Shown one piece after another: positions 14,964-25,025 of a stretch of DNA of 32,000 bases; within the stretch, counting starts at the first letter, position 1; each line of letters begins with the position of its first letter. The notes beneath the pieces are model-generated. The model was not told the DNA's origin, did not search any database, and was given only the letters and a program-made list of their open reading frames with translations. The position numbers and the translations under genes were made by a program. The DNA comes from Synechocystis sp. PCC 6803 substr. PCC-P (lineage in GTDB: Bacteria; Cyanobacteriota; Cyanobacteriia; Cyanobacteriales; Microcystaceae): assembly GCF_000284455.1 (NCBI RefSeq), contig NC_017039.1, positions 1,230,001 through 1,262,000 on the forward strand. Direction: 5' to 3'.

Positions 14964-16187
14964 TCAGGATTTGAGCAATAAGAAAGTCACCGTACCCAGG
15001 CCGGAGATCGCCAAGTAGGGCCAACGGATCAACTTCGAGGTTGGGGCCATGGCCAGGATCGTGAGTAGAAAAAGGTCGAGAAAAACTCGGCTGTAATTGA
15101 GGTAGTAATTGAGAATATAAAAGCTGGCCACCAGTAACAAACCGCCATAGAGCCAGCCGCCGTAGGCTAAGGTTCTGTTGCTTTGACGCCGGGGCAGGGT
15201 AAGCCAAATGAGTAATGCCAGACTTAGCAAGAATAACAGCCAGAGATAGGCCTCGTAGATGTTGTTACCCGTCAGTCCTGCTTGAATCAAACTCTGAAAT
15301 TTTTCCCCTATCCCCACCAATGGCCAACCGAAATTGCCGGTGCCACTGCCCCCTGGCAACTGTCGCCAACGGATATAGCCTAACCAAAGGGTCAAGGGAA
15401 TAAGGCTGAGTAATAACGCGACCATCGATCGCCATTGTTGATTTTGCACCAACGTTAGAGCAATGGCCAGCCAGATAATTAACGATGTTTCCCTGGTTAA
15501 TAACGCTAGGGCCAAGAGGATAGGCACCAGCCACCATTTTTTACTTTGATGGGGGGGAAATATTTGCTGACAGACCACTGCCCCCATACTGAAAGCACTG
15601 GCCAGTAAGTCCGCTGTGGAGAGAAATAGCACCATCCAAATCCCTGGAATGGCCAGCACTATTAAGACTCCAATGGTTTTCTGTTTTTGAGATTGAAAAT
15701 AAACAGCAGTTAAGCCTGTACAAACGGCGATCGCCAAAATATTAATCAACACCAAAGCCCAGGGAATTAACACCGGATTGCCTAAACCAAGCAGATAGCC
15801 CAGCAGAGGATAAAGAATACGGCGATAACGATAGCTGGGATGATCAAGGGCCGCAATGGAGCCGTCATTTTGTAACCCCGGATCCAGGGCAATGGTTAAA
15901 AATTGTTGGCCGTCGTAACCCAATTCCCCTTGGTAAATTAACGTTTCCGCCGGATTCAACAATGGGGACAGGGGCAGCACCGAACCAATGCGGAAAAATC
16001 CCGTGATCTGCCCGTCAAATTTTGCCCAGTAGAAATACCCCGCCACTGCGATCGCCAGCCCCAAGGCCACCAACATCGCTTTATAAATGTCTTGACAATC
16101 AGTGTTTTGAGCAATCTTTTCCACGGCGATCGGGTTGGGATGATAACAATAGAAGCCAAGATTAGGGAGTTTCCTCCATTGCTTCAC
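14964..16187 (-). CDS. Polytopic integral membrane protein, function unknown (GT-C/glycopolymer-assembly-like topology).
   Basis: 407-aa ORF (GTG start at 16187, alternative ATG at 16076). It has roughly 10 hydrophobic segments, and an extracytoplasmic-looking loop follows the first TM. I recognise no catalytic motif. Confidence 0.55.
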   Translation of the reverse strand: MKQWRKLPNLGFYCYHPNPIAVEKIAQNTDCQDIYKAMLVALGLAIAVAGYFYWAKFDGQITGFFRIGSVLPLSPLLNPAETLIYQGELGYDGQQFLTIALDPGLQNDGSIAALDHPSYRYRRILYPLLGYLLGLGNPVLIPWALVLINILAIAVCTGLTAVYFQSQKQKTIGVLIVLAIPGIWMVLFLSTADLLASAFSMGAVVCQQIFPPHQSKKWWLVPILLALALLTRETSLIIWLAIALTLVQNQQWRSMVALLLSLIPLTLWLGYIRWRQLPGGSGTGNFGWPLVGIGEKFQSLIQAGLTGNNIYEAYLWLLFLLSLALLIWLTLPRRQSNRTLAYGGWLYGGLLLVASFYILNYYLNYSRVFLDLFLLTILAMAPTSKLIRWPYLAISGLGTVTFLLLKS

Positions 16188-16263
16188 AGAAGGAAAACCA
16201 AGGCCGATAGCCTCTGATGCTATGCTAGATCGAGTCTATTTTTAACAATATTTTTTAAGTTTC

Positions 16264-17226
16264 ATGACTGTTTCGACCTCTGCTCCCACAGTTCGGATAG
16301 GCTCACGGAAAAGCCAACTAGCCCTCGTGCAAACCTATTGGGTGCAGGAAGAATTGCAAAAACACTTCCCCGATCGCCAATTCGATGTCGAAACCATGGA
16401 AACCCAGGGGGATAAAATCCTCGATGTGGCCCTAGCAAAAATTGGGGATAAGGGACTATTCACCCAAGAACTTGAAGACGGCATGTTGGGAAAAAGAACC
16501 GACTTAGCTGTTCACTCCCTCAAAGATTTGCCCACTAATTTGCCAGCGGGCTTGATGCTGGGCTGCGTGACCAAACGGGTTAATCCCGCCGACGCTTTGG
16601 TTTTAAATGCTAAACACCAAGGCAAAGATTTGGCTTCCTTGCCGGAAGGGGCGGTGATTGGCACCTCTTCCCTCCGTCGTTTGGCCCAACTGCGCTACCA
16701 CTTTCCCCATTTAACCTTTAAGGATGTGCGGGGCAACGTTAATACCCGTTTGGCCAAATTGGATAGTAATGAGTACGATGCCATCATTCTGGCCGCCGCT
16801 GGTTTGGAACGGTTAGACATGGCCAATCGCATTGACCAACTAATTCCCCCGGAAATTTCTCTCCATGCTGTGGGTCAAGGGGCTTTGGGCATCGAGTGTC
16901 GTGAAGGCGATCAAGAAATTCTCAGCCTGTTGAAAGTGTTGGAAGACGAAAATAGCCGGGATCGTTGCTTAGCGGAACGGGCCTTTTTGCGCCAACTAGA
17001 AGGGGGGTGCCAAGTGCCTATCGGTGTTAATACCCATTTAGATGGCGACAATTTAACCCTTACCGGCATGGTGGCCAGTTTGGATGGCCAAAGGTTAATT
17101 AAAGATACCCTCAGCGCTCCCCGGAAAGAAGCGGAAAAATTGGGTCAGGATCTTGCCCTCAAACTCCGGGAACAGGGAGCAGGGGAAATCCTAGCGGAAA
17201 TCTTAGCGGAAGCTGGCCGGGGATAA
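16264..17226 (+). CDS. hemC: Hydroxymethylbilane synthase (porphobilinogen deaminase).
   Basis: [37 protein letters not shown] and [10 protein letters not shown] (cofactor Cys) are all present. Confidence 0.93.
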
Positions 17227-17355
17227 ACTGTCCGGTTCTAAGCGGAGGCTGGATTTGGCATCCGGACGTGCAAAGTTGCCTGTTTCGAGTTGAAAGAGAT
17301 AATCTGGCCTTGATGGGGGAAACAGCTTCACTCATATCTTCCCCGGTCAAGAACT

Positions 17356-19248
17356 ATGCCCAACTCTGATCGCCAGGAACAGTTAGCCCAACTACGGAGC
17401 CAATATCCCGAAAAGTTTGCGTCCTACAGTGAAATTTTTAGCCATATCCACCGGGGCGATCGCCTGTTTATCAGCACGGCCTGTGGGGAACCGCAGTACT
17501 TAGTGCAGGAGTTGGTCAACTATGTGCAAGCCCATCCTAAATCCCTATTTGATGCGGAAGTGCTCCAGGTTTGGACTCTAGGTTTAGCACCCTACACCGA
17601 CAGTAAATTTGCCAAAAACTTTCGCCATAATTCCTTTTTCATTGGCCACCACACCCGTAGCGCCGTTAACGAAGGTTTAGCAGACTACACCCCCATTTTT
17701 CTTTCCCAGGTACCAGGGCTATTTGAGCAGGGATTTGTCCCTATCGATGTGGCTTTAATTCAAACTTCTTATCCCGATGACCATGGTTACGTCAACCTAG
17801 GGGTGAGTGTGGATATTGTTAAAGCGGCGGTGGAGCAGGCCTGTTTGGTAATCGCCCAAATGAATAGCCAGGTGCCCAGAATCCACGGGGATGGCTTTAT
17901 TGCCTTGGAAAAATTGGACTATATCATTGCCCACGATGAACCGCTGTTGGAATATCAAATGGAGCGGGACAATATTCTCGCCAGCCGTATTGGAAAATAT
18001 GTTGCTAGCTTGATCCAAGATGGGGACACGATTCAAGTGGGTTACGGTAGTATTCCCGATGCAGTATTGAGTTATTTAGGCAATAAGAAAAATTTGGGAG
18101 TGCATACGGAATTAATTTCCGATGGGCTGGTGCAATTGCTCAAAAGTGGGGCAGTGAATAACAGCCAAAAAACAAGAAATCGGGGCAAAGTAGTGGCAAC
18201 TTTTTGCATGGGCAGTCGGAGTACTTATGATTATTTAAACGATAATCCCGCTGTGGAATTTCGCACCGTTGATTACACCAACAATCCCATTATCATTGCC
18301 CATCACGACAATATGGTGGCCATTAATAGTGCCTTGGAAATTGATTTGACGGGGCAGTCCACCGCCGAATCCCTGGGCAGTAATTTTTACAGTGGCATTG
18401 GCGGCCAAGCGGATTTTATGCGGGGAGCAGTGATGGCCAATGGGGGACGTACTATTTTGGCTTTGGAGTCCACCGCCGAAAATGAAACCATTTCTCGCAT
18501 TGTGCCCTTTTTGCGGGAAGGGGTAGGCATTACCCTCAATCGAGGCGATATTCATTATGTAGTAACAGAGTATGGCATTGCCTATCTCCACGGTAAAAAT
18601 ATTCGGGAACGGGCCATGCAGTTAACGGCGATCGCCCATCCCAAATTCCGTCCCTGGTTAATTGAGCAGGCGAAAAAAAATCATTTAATTTACGCTGACC
18701 AAGCTTTCATTGCCGGGCAACATGGGGAATATCCGGAAAAGCTGGAAACCTATCGCACCACCCGCACCGGACTAGAATTGTTATTGAGACCAGTGAAATT
18801 TAACGATGAACCTAACCTAAAAAATTTTTTTTACTCCCTCTCCGATGAAAGTTTGGTAAGGCGTTTTATGTCAGTGCGTACTGATATGTCTCACCAGAGA
18901 TTACAACAGTTTTCTGTGATTAACTACAACGAAGAAATAATTATTCTGGCGATCATCAAACAGCAACATCAAGAAGCCATTGTGGGGGTGGGTCAGTATG
19001 CCCTCAACGAAGATAGTCACACAGCCGATGTCGCTTTTGTGGTGCGGGATGATTACCATAACCAAGGCATTGGTGCTCTGCTGTTGAATTATTTAACCCA
19101 ATTGGCCAAAAAACAAGGTTTACTGGGTTTTACCGCTGATGTTTTACTGGAAAATCGAGCCATGTTGCATCTATTTGAGAAGATGAACTTTCGCATGGAA
19201 CGACGTATGAGCGAAGGGGTTTACGAATTAAAAATGTTTTTTAGTTGA
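17356..19248 (+). CDS. Fusion protein: acetyl-CoA hydrolase/transferase (4-hydroxybutyrate CoA-transferase-like) domain plus a C-terminal Pat-like GNAT acetyltransferase domain.
   Basis: The N-terminal ~430 aa carry ALEIDLTGQSTAES and GIGGQADFMRGA, which are signatures of the CoA-transferase family. The C-terminal ~170 aa read LRPVKFNDEPNLKNFFYSLSDESLVRRF...VVRDDYHNQGIGALLLNYL. This has the GNAT Q/RxxGxG/A acetyl-CoA loop and resembles the GNAT domain of bacterial protein acetyltransferases. Confidence 0.8.
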   Translation: MPNSDRQEQLAQLRSQYPEKFASYSEIFSHIHRGDRLFISTACGEPQYLVQELVNYVQAHPKSLFDAEVLQVWTLGLAPYTDSKFAKNFRHNSFFIGHHTRSAVNEGLADYTPIFLSQVPGLFEQGFVPIDVALIQTSYPDDHGYVNLGVSVDIVKAAVEQACLVIAQMNSQVPRIHGDGFIALEKLDYIIAHDEPLLEYQMERDNILASRIGKYVASLIQDGDTIQVGYGSIPDAVLSYLGNKKNLGVHTELISDGLVQLLKSGAVNNSQKTRNRGKVVATFCMGSRSTYDYLNDNPAVEFRTVDYTNNPIIIAHHDNMVAINSALEIDLTGQSTAESLGSNFYSGIGGQADFMRGAVMANGGRTILALESTAENETISRIVPFLREGVGITLNRGDIHYVVTEYGIAYLHGKNIRERAMQLTAIAHPKFRPWLIEQAKKNHLIYADQAFIAGQHGEYPEKLETYRTTRTGLELLLRPVKFNDEPNLKNFFYSLSDESLVRRFMSVRTDMSHQRLQQFSVINYNEEIIILAIIKQQHQEAIVGVGQYALNEDSHTADVAFVVRDDYHNQGIGALLLNYLTQLAKKQGLLGFTADVLLENRAMLHLFEKMNFRMERRMSEGVYELKMFFS

Positions 19249-19513
19249 GCCGTCTTCTTTCTGCTAATTTATTGAAGGAATTTTTGATGCTGGCGTTAGT
19301 AATTTTACCGCTTCTTAGATTTATTAAAATCTCGTCATAAAACTTTACTGACTAGCGGTTTATTTTCTGGCTAAAAGCGCTATCACTTAAGTAGGTGGAA
19401 TTGGCAGATTTGTAGTAGTTGATACTTAACTTTTTAGGGAATATCGCTGTGGGAAAAATCGAGATCATTTTCCCAGAAAAATCATTGCTGGATACGTTGA
19501 GGTTATTTAAATT

Positions 19514-21607
19514 ATGACGAGTTCCCTTTATTTAAGCACCACCGAAGCCCGCAGCGGTAAATCTCTAGTAGTATTGGGCATTTTAGACTTAATTCTCAAA
19601 AAAACCACCCGTATTGCCTATTTTCGTCCCATTATTCAAGACCCAGTTAATGGCAAACATGATAACAACATTATTCTGGTGCTGGAAAATTTTCGTCTCC
19701 AACAAACCTATACCGATTCCTTTGGTTTGTATTTCCATGAAGCGGTGAGTTTAGCCTCCGATGGAGCTATTGATCAGGTATTAGACCGAATTTTGGCTAA
19801 ATATCGCCATTTGGCAGATCAAGTAGATTTTATTCTCTGTGAAGGCTCAGACTATTTGGGGGAGGAATCGGCTTTTGAATTTGATCTCAACACCACGATC
19901 GCCAAGATGTTGAACTGCCCCATTTTGCTGTTGGGCAATGCCATGGGCAACACCATTGCCGATAGTTTGCAACCCATCGATATGGCCCTGAATAGCTATG
20001 ACCAAGAGTCTTGTCAGGTGGTGGGGGTAATCATTAACCGAGTGCAGCCCGAATTAGCCACAGAAATTCAAGCCCAACTGGAACAGCGTTATGGCGATCG
20101 CCCGATGGTGTTGGGCACTATTCCCCAGGACATTATGCTCAAAAGTCTGCGCCTGAGGGAAATTGTCAGCGGGCTCAATGCCCAAGTACTCAGCGGTGCG
20201 GATTTGCTCGATAACTTGGTCTATCACCATTTAGTGGTGGCGATGCACATTGCCCACGCCCTCCATTGGTTGCACGAAAAAAATACCCTAATTATTACCC
20301 CTGGCGATCGGGGCGACATCATTCTGGGGGTGATGCAGGCCCACCGCTCCCTCAACTATCCCAGCATTGCCGGTATTTTGCTCACTGCAGATTACCATCC
20401 CGAACCGGCCATTATGAAACTAATTGAAGGGCTACCCGACGCCCCTCCCCTGTTGCTGACTAGCACCCACACCCATGAAACTTCCGCCCGTTTGGAAACT
20501 CTCCACCCTGCCCTGAGCCCTACGGATAATTATAAAATTCGCCACAGTATTGCGCTGTTTCAACAACAAATTGATGGGGAGAAATTACTCAATTACCTTA
20601 AAACCATCCGCAGTAAAGGTATTACCCCCAAACTGTTTCTCTACAATTTAGTTCAAGCCGCCACCGCCGCCCAACGACATATTGTCCTACCGGAAGGGGA
20701 AGAAATTCGTATTCTCAAGGCGGCCGCTAGCTTAATTAACCACGGCATTGTCCGTTTGACTTTACTCGGTAACATTGAGGCGATCGAGCAAACGGTAAAA
20801 ATTAATCACATTGACTTAGATTTGAGCAAAGTTCGCCTCATTAATCCTAAAACTAGCCCAGACCGAGAGCGCTACGCCGAAACCTATTACCAGCTACGTA
20901 AACATAAGGGGGTAACCCTGGCCATGGCTCGGGATATCCTCACCGATATTTCCTATTTTGGAACGATGATGGTGCATTTGGGAGAGGCCGATGGCATGGT
21001 TTCTGGCTCCGTCAATACCACCCAACATACCGTGCGTCCTGCTTTACAAATTATTAAAACCCAGCCAGGTTTTTCCTTGGTTTCTTCAGTCTTTTTTATG
21101 TGTTTAGAAGACCGAGTTTTGGTCTATGGAGATTGTGCTGTTAATCCCGATCCCAATGCAGAACAGTTAGCAGAAATTGCCCTTACTTCTGCGGCTACGG
21201 CCAAGAATTTTGGCATTGAGCCCAGGGTAGCTCTATTGTCCTATTCTTCCGGTTCTTCTGGGCAAGGGGCCGATGTGGAAAAAGTGCGGCAAGCCACGGC
21301 GATCGCCAAGGAAAGAGAGCCAGATTTAGCATTGGAAGGGCCGATCCAGTATGATGCGGCGGTGGATTCCACAGTGGCGGCCCAAAAAATGCCTGGGTCA
21401 GCGGTGGCGGGTAAAGCAACGGTGTTTATTTTTCCCGATTTAAATACCGGTAACAATACTTACAAGGCAGTGCAAAGAGAAACAAAGGCGATCGCCATTG
21501 GCCCCATTTTACAAGGATTAAATAAACCAGTTAATGATCTAAGTCGGGGTTGTTTAGTGGAGGATATTATTAATACGGTGGTAATTACAGCTTTGCAAGT
21601 TAAATAA
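19514..21607 (+). CDS. pta: Phosphate acetyltransferase, long form (N-terminal P-loop-like/DRTGG regulatory region plus PTA_PTB catalytic domain).
   Basis: 697 aa. The C-terminal half has IVLPEGEE.RILKAA, GMVSGSVNTTQHTVRPALQIIKT, FIFPDLNTGNNTYKAVQR and PVNDLSRG. Confidence 0.93.
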   Translation: MTSSLYLSTTEARSGKSLVVLGILDLILKKTTRIAYFRPIIQDPVNGKHDNNIILVLENFRLQQTYTDSFGLYFHEAVSLASDGAIDQVLDRILAKYRHLADQVDFILCEGSDYLGEESAFEFDLNTTIAKMLNCPILLLGNAMGNTIADSLQPIDMALNSYDQESCQVVGVIINRVQPELATEIQAQLEQRYGDRPMVLGTIPQDIMLKSLRLREIVSGLNAQVLSGADLLDNLVYHHLVVAMHIAHALHWLHEKNTLIITPGDRGDIILGVMQAHRSLNYPSIAGILLTADYHPEPAIMKLIEGLPDAPPLLLTSTHTHETSARLETLHPALSPTDNYKIRHSIALFQQQIDGEKLLNYLKTIRSKGITPKLFLYNLVQAATAAQRHIVLPEGEEIRILKAAASLINHGIVRLTLLGNIEAIEQTVKINHIDLDLSKVRLINPKTSPDRERYAETYYQLRKHKGVTLAMARDILTDISYFGTMMVHLGEADGMVSGSVNTTQHTVRPALQIIKTQPGFSLVSSVFFMCLEDRVLVYGDCAVNPDPNAEQLAEIALTSAATAKNFGIEPRVALLSYSSGSSGQGADVEKVRQATAIAKEREPDLALEGPIQYDAAVDSTVAAQKMPGSAVAGKATVFIFPDLNTGNNTYKAVQRETKAIAIGPILQGLNKPVNDLSRGCLVEDIINTVVITALQVK

Positions 21608-21664
21608 TTTTACTCTTAATTAGTTAAAATGATCCCTTGAATTACCTTGATTTTGCCCTCCAAA

Positions 21665-22279
21665 CTACCAATAGCTGGGCCGAAAATTGGCATCATTTAA
21701 AATCACCAACGTGTCCCCGGACGGAGCTAGCACAAACAGACCCTTACCATAGGCATAGCTGACCACTTCTTGGCTTAACACCATGGCTGCCACTGCACCT
21801 AAAGCTTTAACATCCCGGTAGCGGGGCATAAACTGTTTGAATTTACCCAACCGTTCCAGATGCTCATCCACATCCTTTTCCGTTAACTTACTTTTTACTT
21901 CAATTAAAATAGCTTGGGTTTCATTGACTACTAACAGGTCAATTTCTAATCCCCCATCTTCCCGTTGTACCGATACGCCAGGATGAAACTCATGGACGTC
22001 AATGCCTCTATCCTGAAACAGTCCCACCACAGCGGGTCTAACTTGCCATTCCACAAATTCCCCCAACCGATTACTGAGTTTACCCACATCCCTACTAACT
22101 CGTTTGATGTAACGCTCTGTCTCTTGGAAGCGGCGATCAGTTTCTTGAAAACGGCGATCAAGCTCTTGTCCCTGTTCCTTAAAGAGGCGCTCGGTCTCAC
22201 GCAAATTTTGCTGGGTCTGTTTTTGGGAGGCGGCAAGTTCGGCTAATATTTGCCAGACGTCATCGGCGGTGGTGGCCAT
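21665..22279 (-). CDS. Coiled-coil / PD-(D/E)xK nuclease-fold protein of unknown function (DUF3782-like).
   Basis: The N-terminal heptad-like repeat is ELDRRFQETDRRFQETERYIK. The C-terminal half has LEIDLLVVNETQAILIEVKSKL, i.e. a D...E-x-K restriction-endonuclease-like motif (D114, E127, K129, nt 21893-21940). Confidence 0.6.
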   Translation of the reverse strand: MATTADDVWQILAELAASQKQTQQNLRETERLFKEQGQELDRRFQETDRRFQETERYIKRVSRDVGKLSNRLGEFVEWQVRPAVVGLFQDRGIDVHEFHPGVSVQREDGGLEIDLLVVNETQAILIEVKSKLTEKDVDEHLERLGKFKQFMPRYRDVKALGAVAAMVLSQEVVSYAYGKGLFVLAPSGDTLVILNDANFRPSYW

Positions 22280-22340
22280 GGTAGTAGTAGCAGGGACTGA
22301 AACTAGGGAGATAGTCTATTTTAACTCTCCGAATAAATTG

Positions 22341-23054
22341 TCAAACCACTAACTCTGCCATGCCAAGGAATTTAACCCCCTCCGGATTAACCATAAATCG
22401 ACAGGGCATTACCTCCACCCCAGCGGCGATCGCCTGACGGAATAGTTCTCCATAACGGCGATCGTAGGCATCTCCGGGGGAAAAATGGGTACAATCACCC
22501 CGATTGATGAAGTAAAGCATCACTGCCCGGGCTGTAGGGAGAATATCTATTAACTCCTGGAGATGTTTTTGCCCTCTGGTGGTTTCCGTATCGGGAAATA
22601 AAGCCAATTTTTCTTGGGACAAGGTAGTATTTTTTACTTCTACATAAATTGACTTTTCTTCTGGCTTAGTGAGCAAAAAGTCAATACGACTTTTTTTATC
22701 TTTACCATAGGGAACTTCGGGCTTAAAAGTATCGTAGCTGTTCGTTAAGTTAGGAAAAATCCTATCAGCCAAAGCCTGCTTGATGACCCGATTGGGCAAG
22801 GCAGTGTTTACCCCAACCCACGTACCATCAATTTGGATCATTTCCCAGGTATAGGCTAATTTACGCTGGGGATTATCACTCTTAGACAGGTAGACCTGCG
22901 CCCCAACTTGGCACACCCCTGTCATGGGGCCAGTGTTAGGACAATGAGCTGTGACTATCTCACCATTATCTAACTCCACATCAGCTAAAAAGCGTTTGTA
23001 GCGTTTTACCAAAATGCCACTAATTAGAGGCGGATAGGGATAGAGAAAGTCCAT
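22341..23054 (-). CDS. sfsA: SfsA (sugar fermentation stimulation protein, OB-fold plus nuclease-fold DNA-binding protein).
   Basis: LVKRYKRFLADVELDNGEIVTAHCPNTGPM ... IDFLL ... YVEVKN ... RGQKHL are characteristic SfsA blocks. Length is 237 aa. Confidence 0.9.
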   Translation of the reverse strand: MDFLYPYPPLISGILVKRYKRFLADVELDNGEIVTAHCPNTGPMTGVCQVGAQVYLSKSDNPQRKLAYTWEMIQIDGTWVGVNTALPNRVIKQALADRIFPNLTNSYDTFKPEVPYGKDKKSRIDFLLTKPEEKSIYVEVKNTTLSQEKLALFPDTETTRGQKHLQELIDILPTARAVMLYFINRGDCTHFSPGDAYDRRYGELFRQAIAAGVEVMPCRFMVNPEGVKFLGMAELVV

Positions 23055-23107
23055 TAATTTTGTTTAACTGGGCCCACCGAGGAAATCGTCTTTAAATAGT
23101 TGAGTAA

Positions 23108-23695
23108 CTAAATTGCTTCCAAAGCTTCAGCAGTGGGAGAAGCCTGGGTTACTAGATTATCATTCTGCTGGGCCAACCACTGTTGATAATCTGCCAATAG
23201 TTGTCCTTGGAGTCGTTGTTTGATGCGGGCCAAAACTCCCCGCAATAGACCATTGGCCGCCATTTCTAACAACGGCTTTGGAGTTAACCAAAGGGCCTGG
23301 GGCAAATCTACTCCCACTTGCAAATCTGCTTTGCCCTGGAGGAGGGTATGGCCATCTTGGCAATAGGGAGCCAAACGACCTTTTAATTGCAAACTAAAGC
23401 GATGGTTAATATAGTCGATGCCCCGGATTTCACAGCTTTCCGATTCTAAAAATACAGTGCCAGTGGCGTTGGCCCACACTTTCAGTACCACTGTGGGTTG
23501 AAAATGATAAATATCTAAAAAATTGAGCGGTCGCATTTTCAATCTAAACTGATCGCCTGGTAGCACTTCCATCAATTTAGGGTCGGCGATCGCCTGGACT
23601 AGGCGCTGGGGTTGGCGTAAATAGTGCTGCAAACTAGGCAGAGGTTCAGACTGCCGCAGTTGTAATTGTTCGGTGGCGGAAAAGGTAACTCGCAT
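23108..23695 (-). CDS. DUF1997-like conserved cyanobacterial/plastid-lineage protein.
   Basis: 195 aa. The N-terminal F.A.......LQHYLRQPQRLVQAI.DP..ME.L and the overall size resemble DUF1997 from memory. No catalytic motif is apparent. Confidence 0.6.
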   Translation of the reverse strand: MRVTFSATEQLQLRQSEPLPSLQHYLRQPQRLVQAIADPKLMEVLPGDQFRLKMRPLNFLDIYHFQPTVVLKVWANATGTVFLESESCEIRGIDYINHRFSLQLKGRLAPYCQDGHTLLQGKADLQVGVDLPQALWLTPKPLLEMAANGLLRGVLARIKQRLQGQLLADYQQWLAQQNDNLVTQASPTAEALEAI

Positions 23696-23854
23696 AATTT
23701 ATTGTTGTTCCTTTTATTCCAGGGGTGAGGTTTGCTGAAAAGGAGAATTGTTAAATTTATTTACATTTCTTAAAAATGCTGGTAGGGATTATACGGTTTT
23801 TAGGCCATTGATCCCGTCAAAACCAGGGGTAACGTAATGAAAGTTAGCTTTTCT

Positions 23855-24811
23855 TTAGCTAGCTAAATATTCCTGGATCATGGACTTGCGTTTGCGTAAT
23901 TTATTTAGGGCTTCCCGCTCAATCTGCCGCACCCGTTCCCGACTGATGCTGAGCATGGAGCCAATGCTCGCCAAGGTTAGGGGTTGGCCATCATTGAGGC
24001 CAAAGCGGAGAATGAGAACTTCCCGTTGTTGGGGCGTTAATTCCGCCATCAGGCTATCGAGATCCAACTGTAGGGAGGCATAGGTGGCAAAATCCTCTGG
24101 TAAAGGACCGTCGTCTTCCAACAAATCCCCTAACTCAGTATCTTGGTTGTCCCCCACCCGTAAATCCAAGGAAAGGGGATGGCGAGAGCGCTCCAAATAT
24201 TCCCGCACTTGCTTGGGAGTTAATTCTAGATGTTCCGCCAATTCCGCAATGGAAGCGGCCCGACCCTTTTCCTGGGAAAGTTGTCTTTGGGCTTTTTTAA
24301 TTTTGTTTAACTTTTCCGTAATGTGGATTGGTAAACGGATGGTGCGGCTCTTTTCGGCGATCGCCCTGGTGATGGCCTGGCGGATCCACCAATAGGCATA
24401 GGTGGAAAACCGATAACCCTTGGTGGGGTCAAACTTCTCTACCCCCCGTTGCATACCAATGGTGCCCTCTTGGATGAGGTCAAGTAGGTCTAGATTACGC
24501 TTGAGATATTTTTTGGCGACAGATACCACCAGCCGGAGGTTAGCCTCCACCATTTTGCGCTTGGCCCGTTCCCCTTCCTTGATGGCTTTTTCTAATTCTC
24601 GAATGGACAAATCGGCCGCCTTAGCCCACTCGCTGGGGGAAACCGGCTCGCCATCCTTGCCTTCGGCCAAAGACTTCTTGATTTCGTTGAGGCTAACAAC
24701 CTGTTGGATTTGCTTAGCATAAACAATCTCTTCCTCATGGGTGAGCAGGGGCACACGACCAATTTCTCTGAGATAGGCACGGACGGAATCGGGGCTGGTT
24801 CTGGCAGTCAT
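23855..24811 (-). CDS. sigD: Group 2 sigma-70 family RNA polymerase sigma factor.
   Basis: Region 1.2 is [21 protein letters not shown]. Region 2 is [41 protein letters not shown]. Region 4.2 is [28 protein letters not shown]. At 318 aa it has no long region 1.1, which indicates group 2. The sigD assignment rests on the gene neighbourhood I recall for Synechocystis (sfsA...sigD-queE-murD). Confidence 0.85.
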   Translation of the reverse strand: MTARTSPDSVRAYLREIGRVPLLTHEEEIVYAKQIQQVVSLNEIKKSLAEGKDGEPVSPSEWAKAADLSIRELEKAIKEGERAKRKMVEANLRLVVSVAKKYLKRNLDLLDLIQEGTIGMQRGVEKFDPTKGYRFSTYAYWWIRQAITRAIAEKSRTIRLPIHITEKLNKIKKAQRQLSQEKGRAASIAELAEHLELTPKQVREYLERSRHPLSLDLRVGDNQDTELGDLLEDDGPLPEDFATYASLQLDLDSLMAELTPQQREVLILRFGLNDGQPLTLASIGSMLSISRERVRQIEREALNKLRKRKSMIQEYLAS

Positions 24812-24996
24812 CTTGGATTAGGGATTTCAGTGGAAGAATCACAGTGGTAGACCAATAAACCCAGGGAACGCCATGTTAGTAATATTCGAGACGGACTGGG
24901 CTAGGTAAATGACGGATAATGCCTGTCCGATGGGGGCGTTTGGGACAACTGGAAACGGACGATTGATGGGGAATGACTGGGATCAATCCACTAATA

Positions 24997-25025
24997 ATAC
25001 TAAACAATTCTTTAAGTTTTGTAAA
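24997..25025 (-). promoter_or_regulatory. Candidate sigma-70-type promoter for sigD (TTTACA-17 nt-TAGTAT on the minus strand).
   Basis: On the minus strand, the -35 TTTACA is the complement of 25020-25025 and the -10 TAGTAT is the complement of 24997-25002, with a 17-nt spacer. This would give a 5' UTR of about 180 nt. It is a pattern match only. Confidence 0.2.

Noticed and set aside
14875-15207. 110-aa minus-strand ORF that spans from within the 3' end of rsfS (antisense, 14875-14931) into the end of the 407-aa membrane protein gene.
   Set aside because: It is an alternative frame of the membrane-protein gene. It has no hydrophobic periodicity and no independent start context.
18235-18591. 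118-aa minus-strand ORF inside the CoA-transferase::GNAT gene.
   Set aside because: It is antisense to the conserved GGQADFMRGA region of a well-supported gene.
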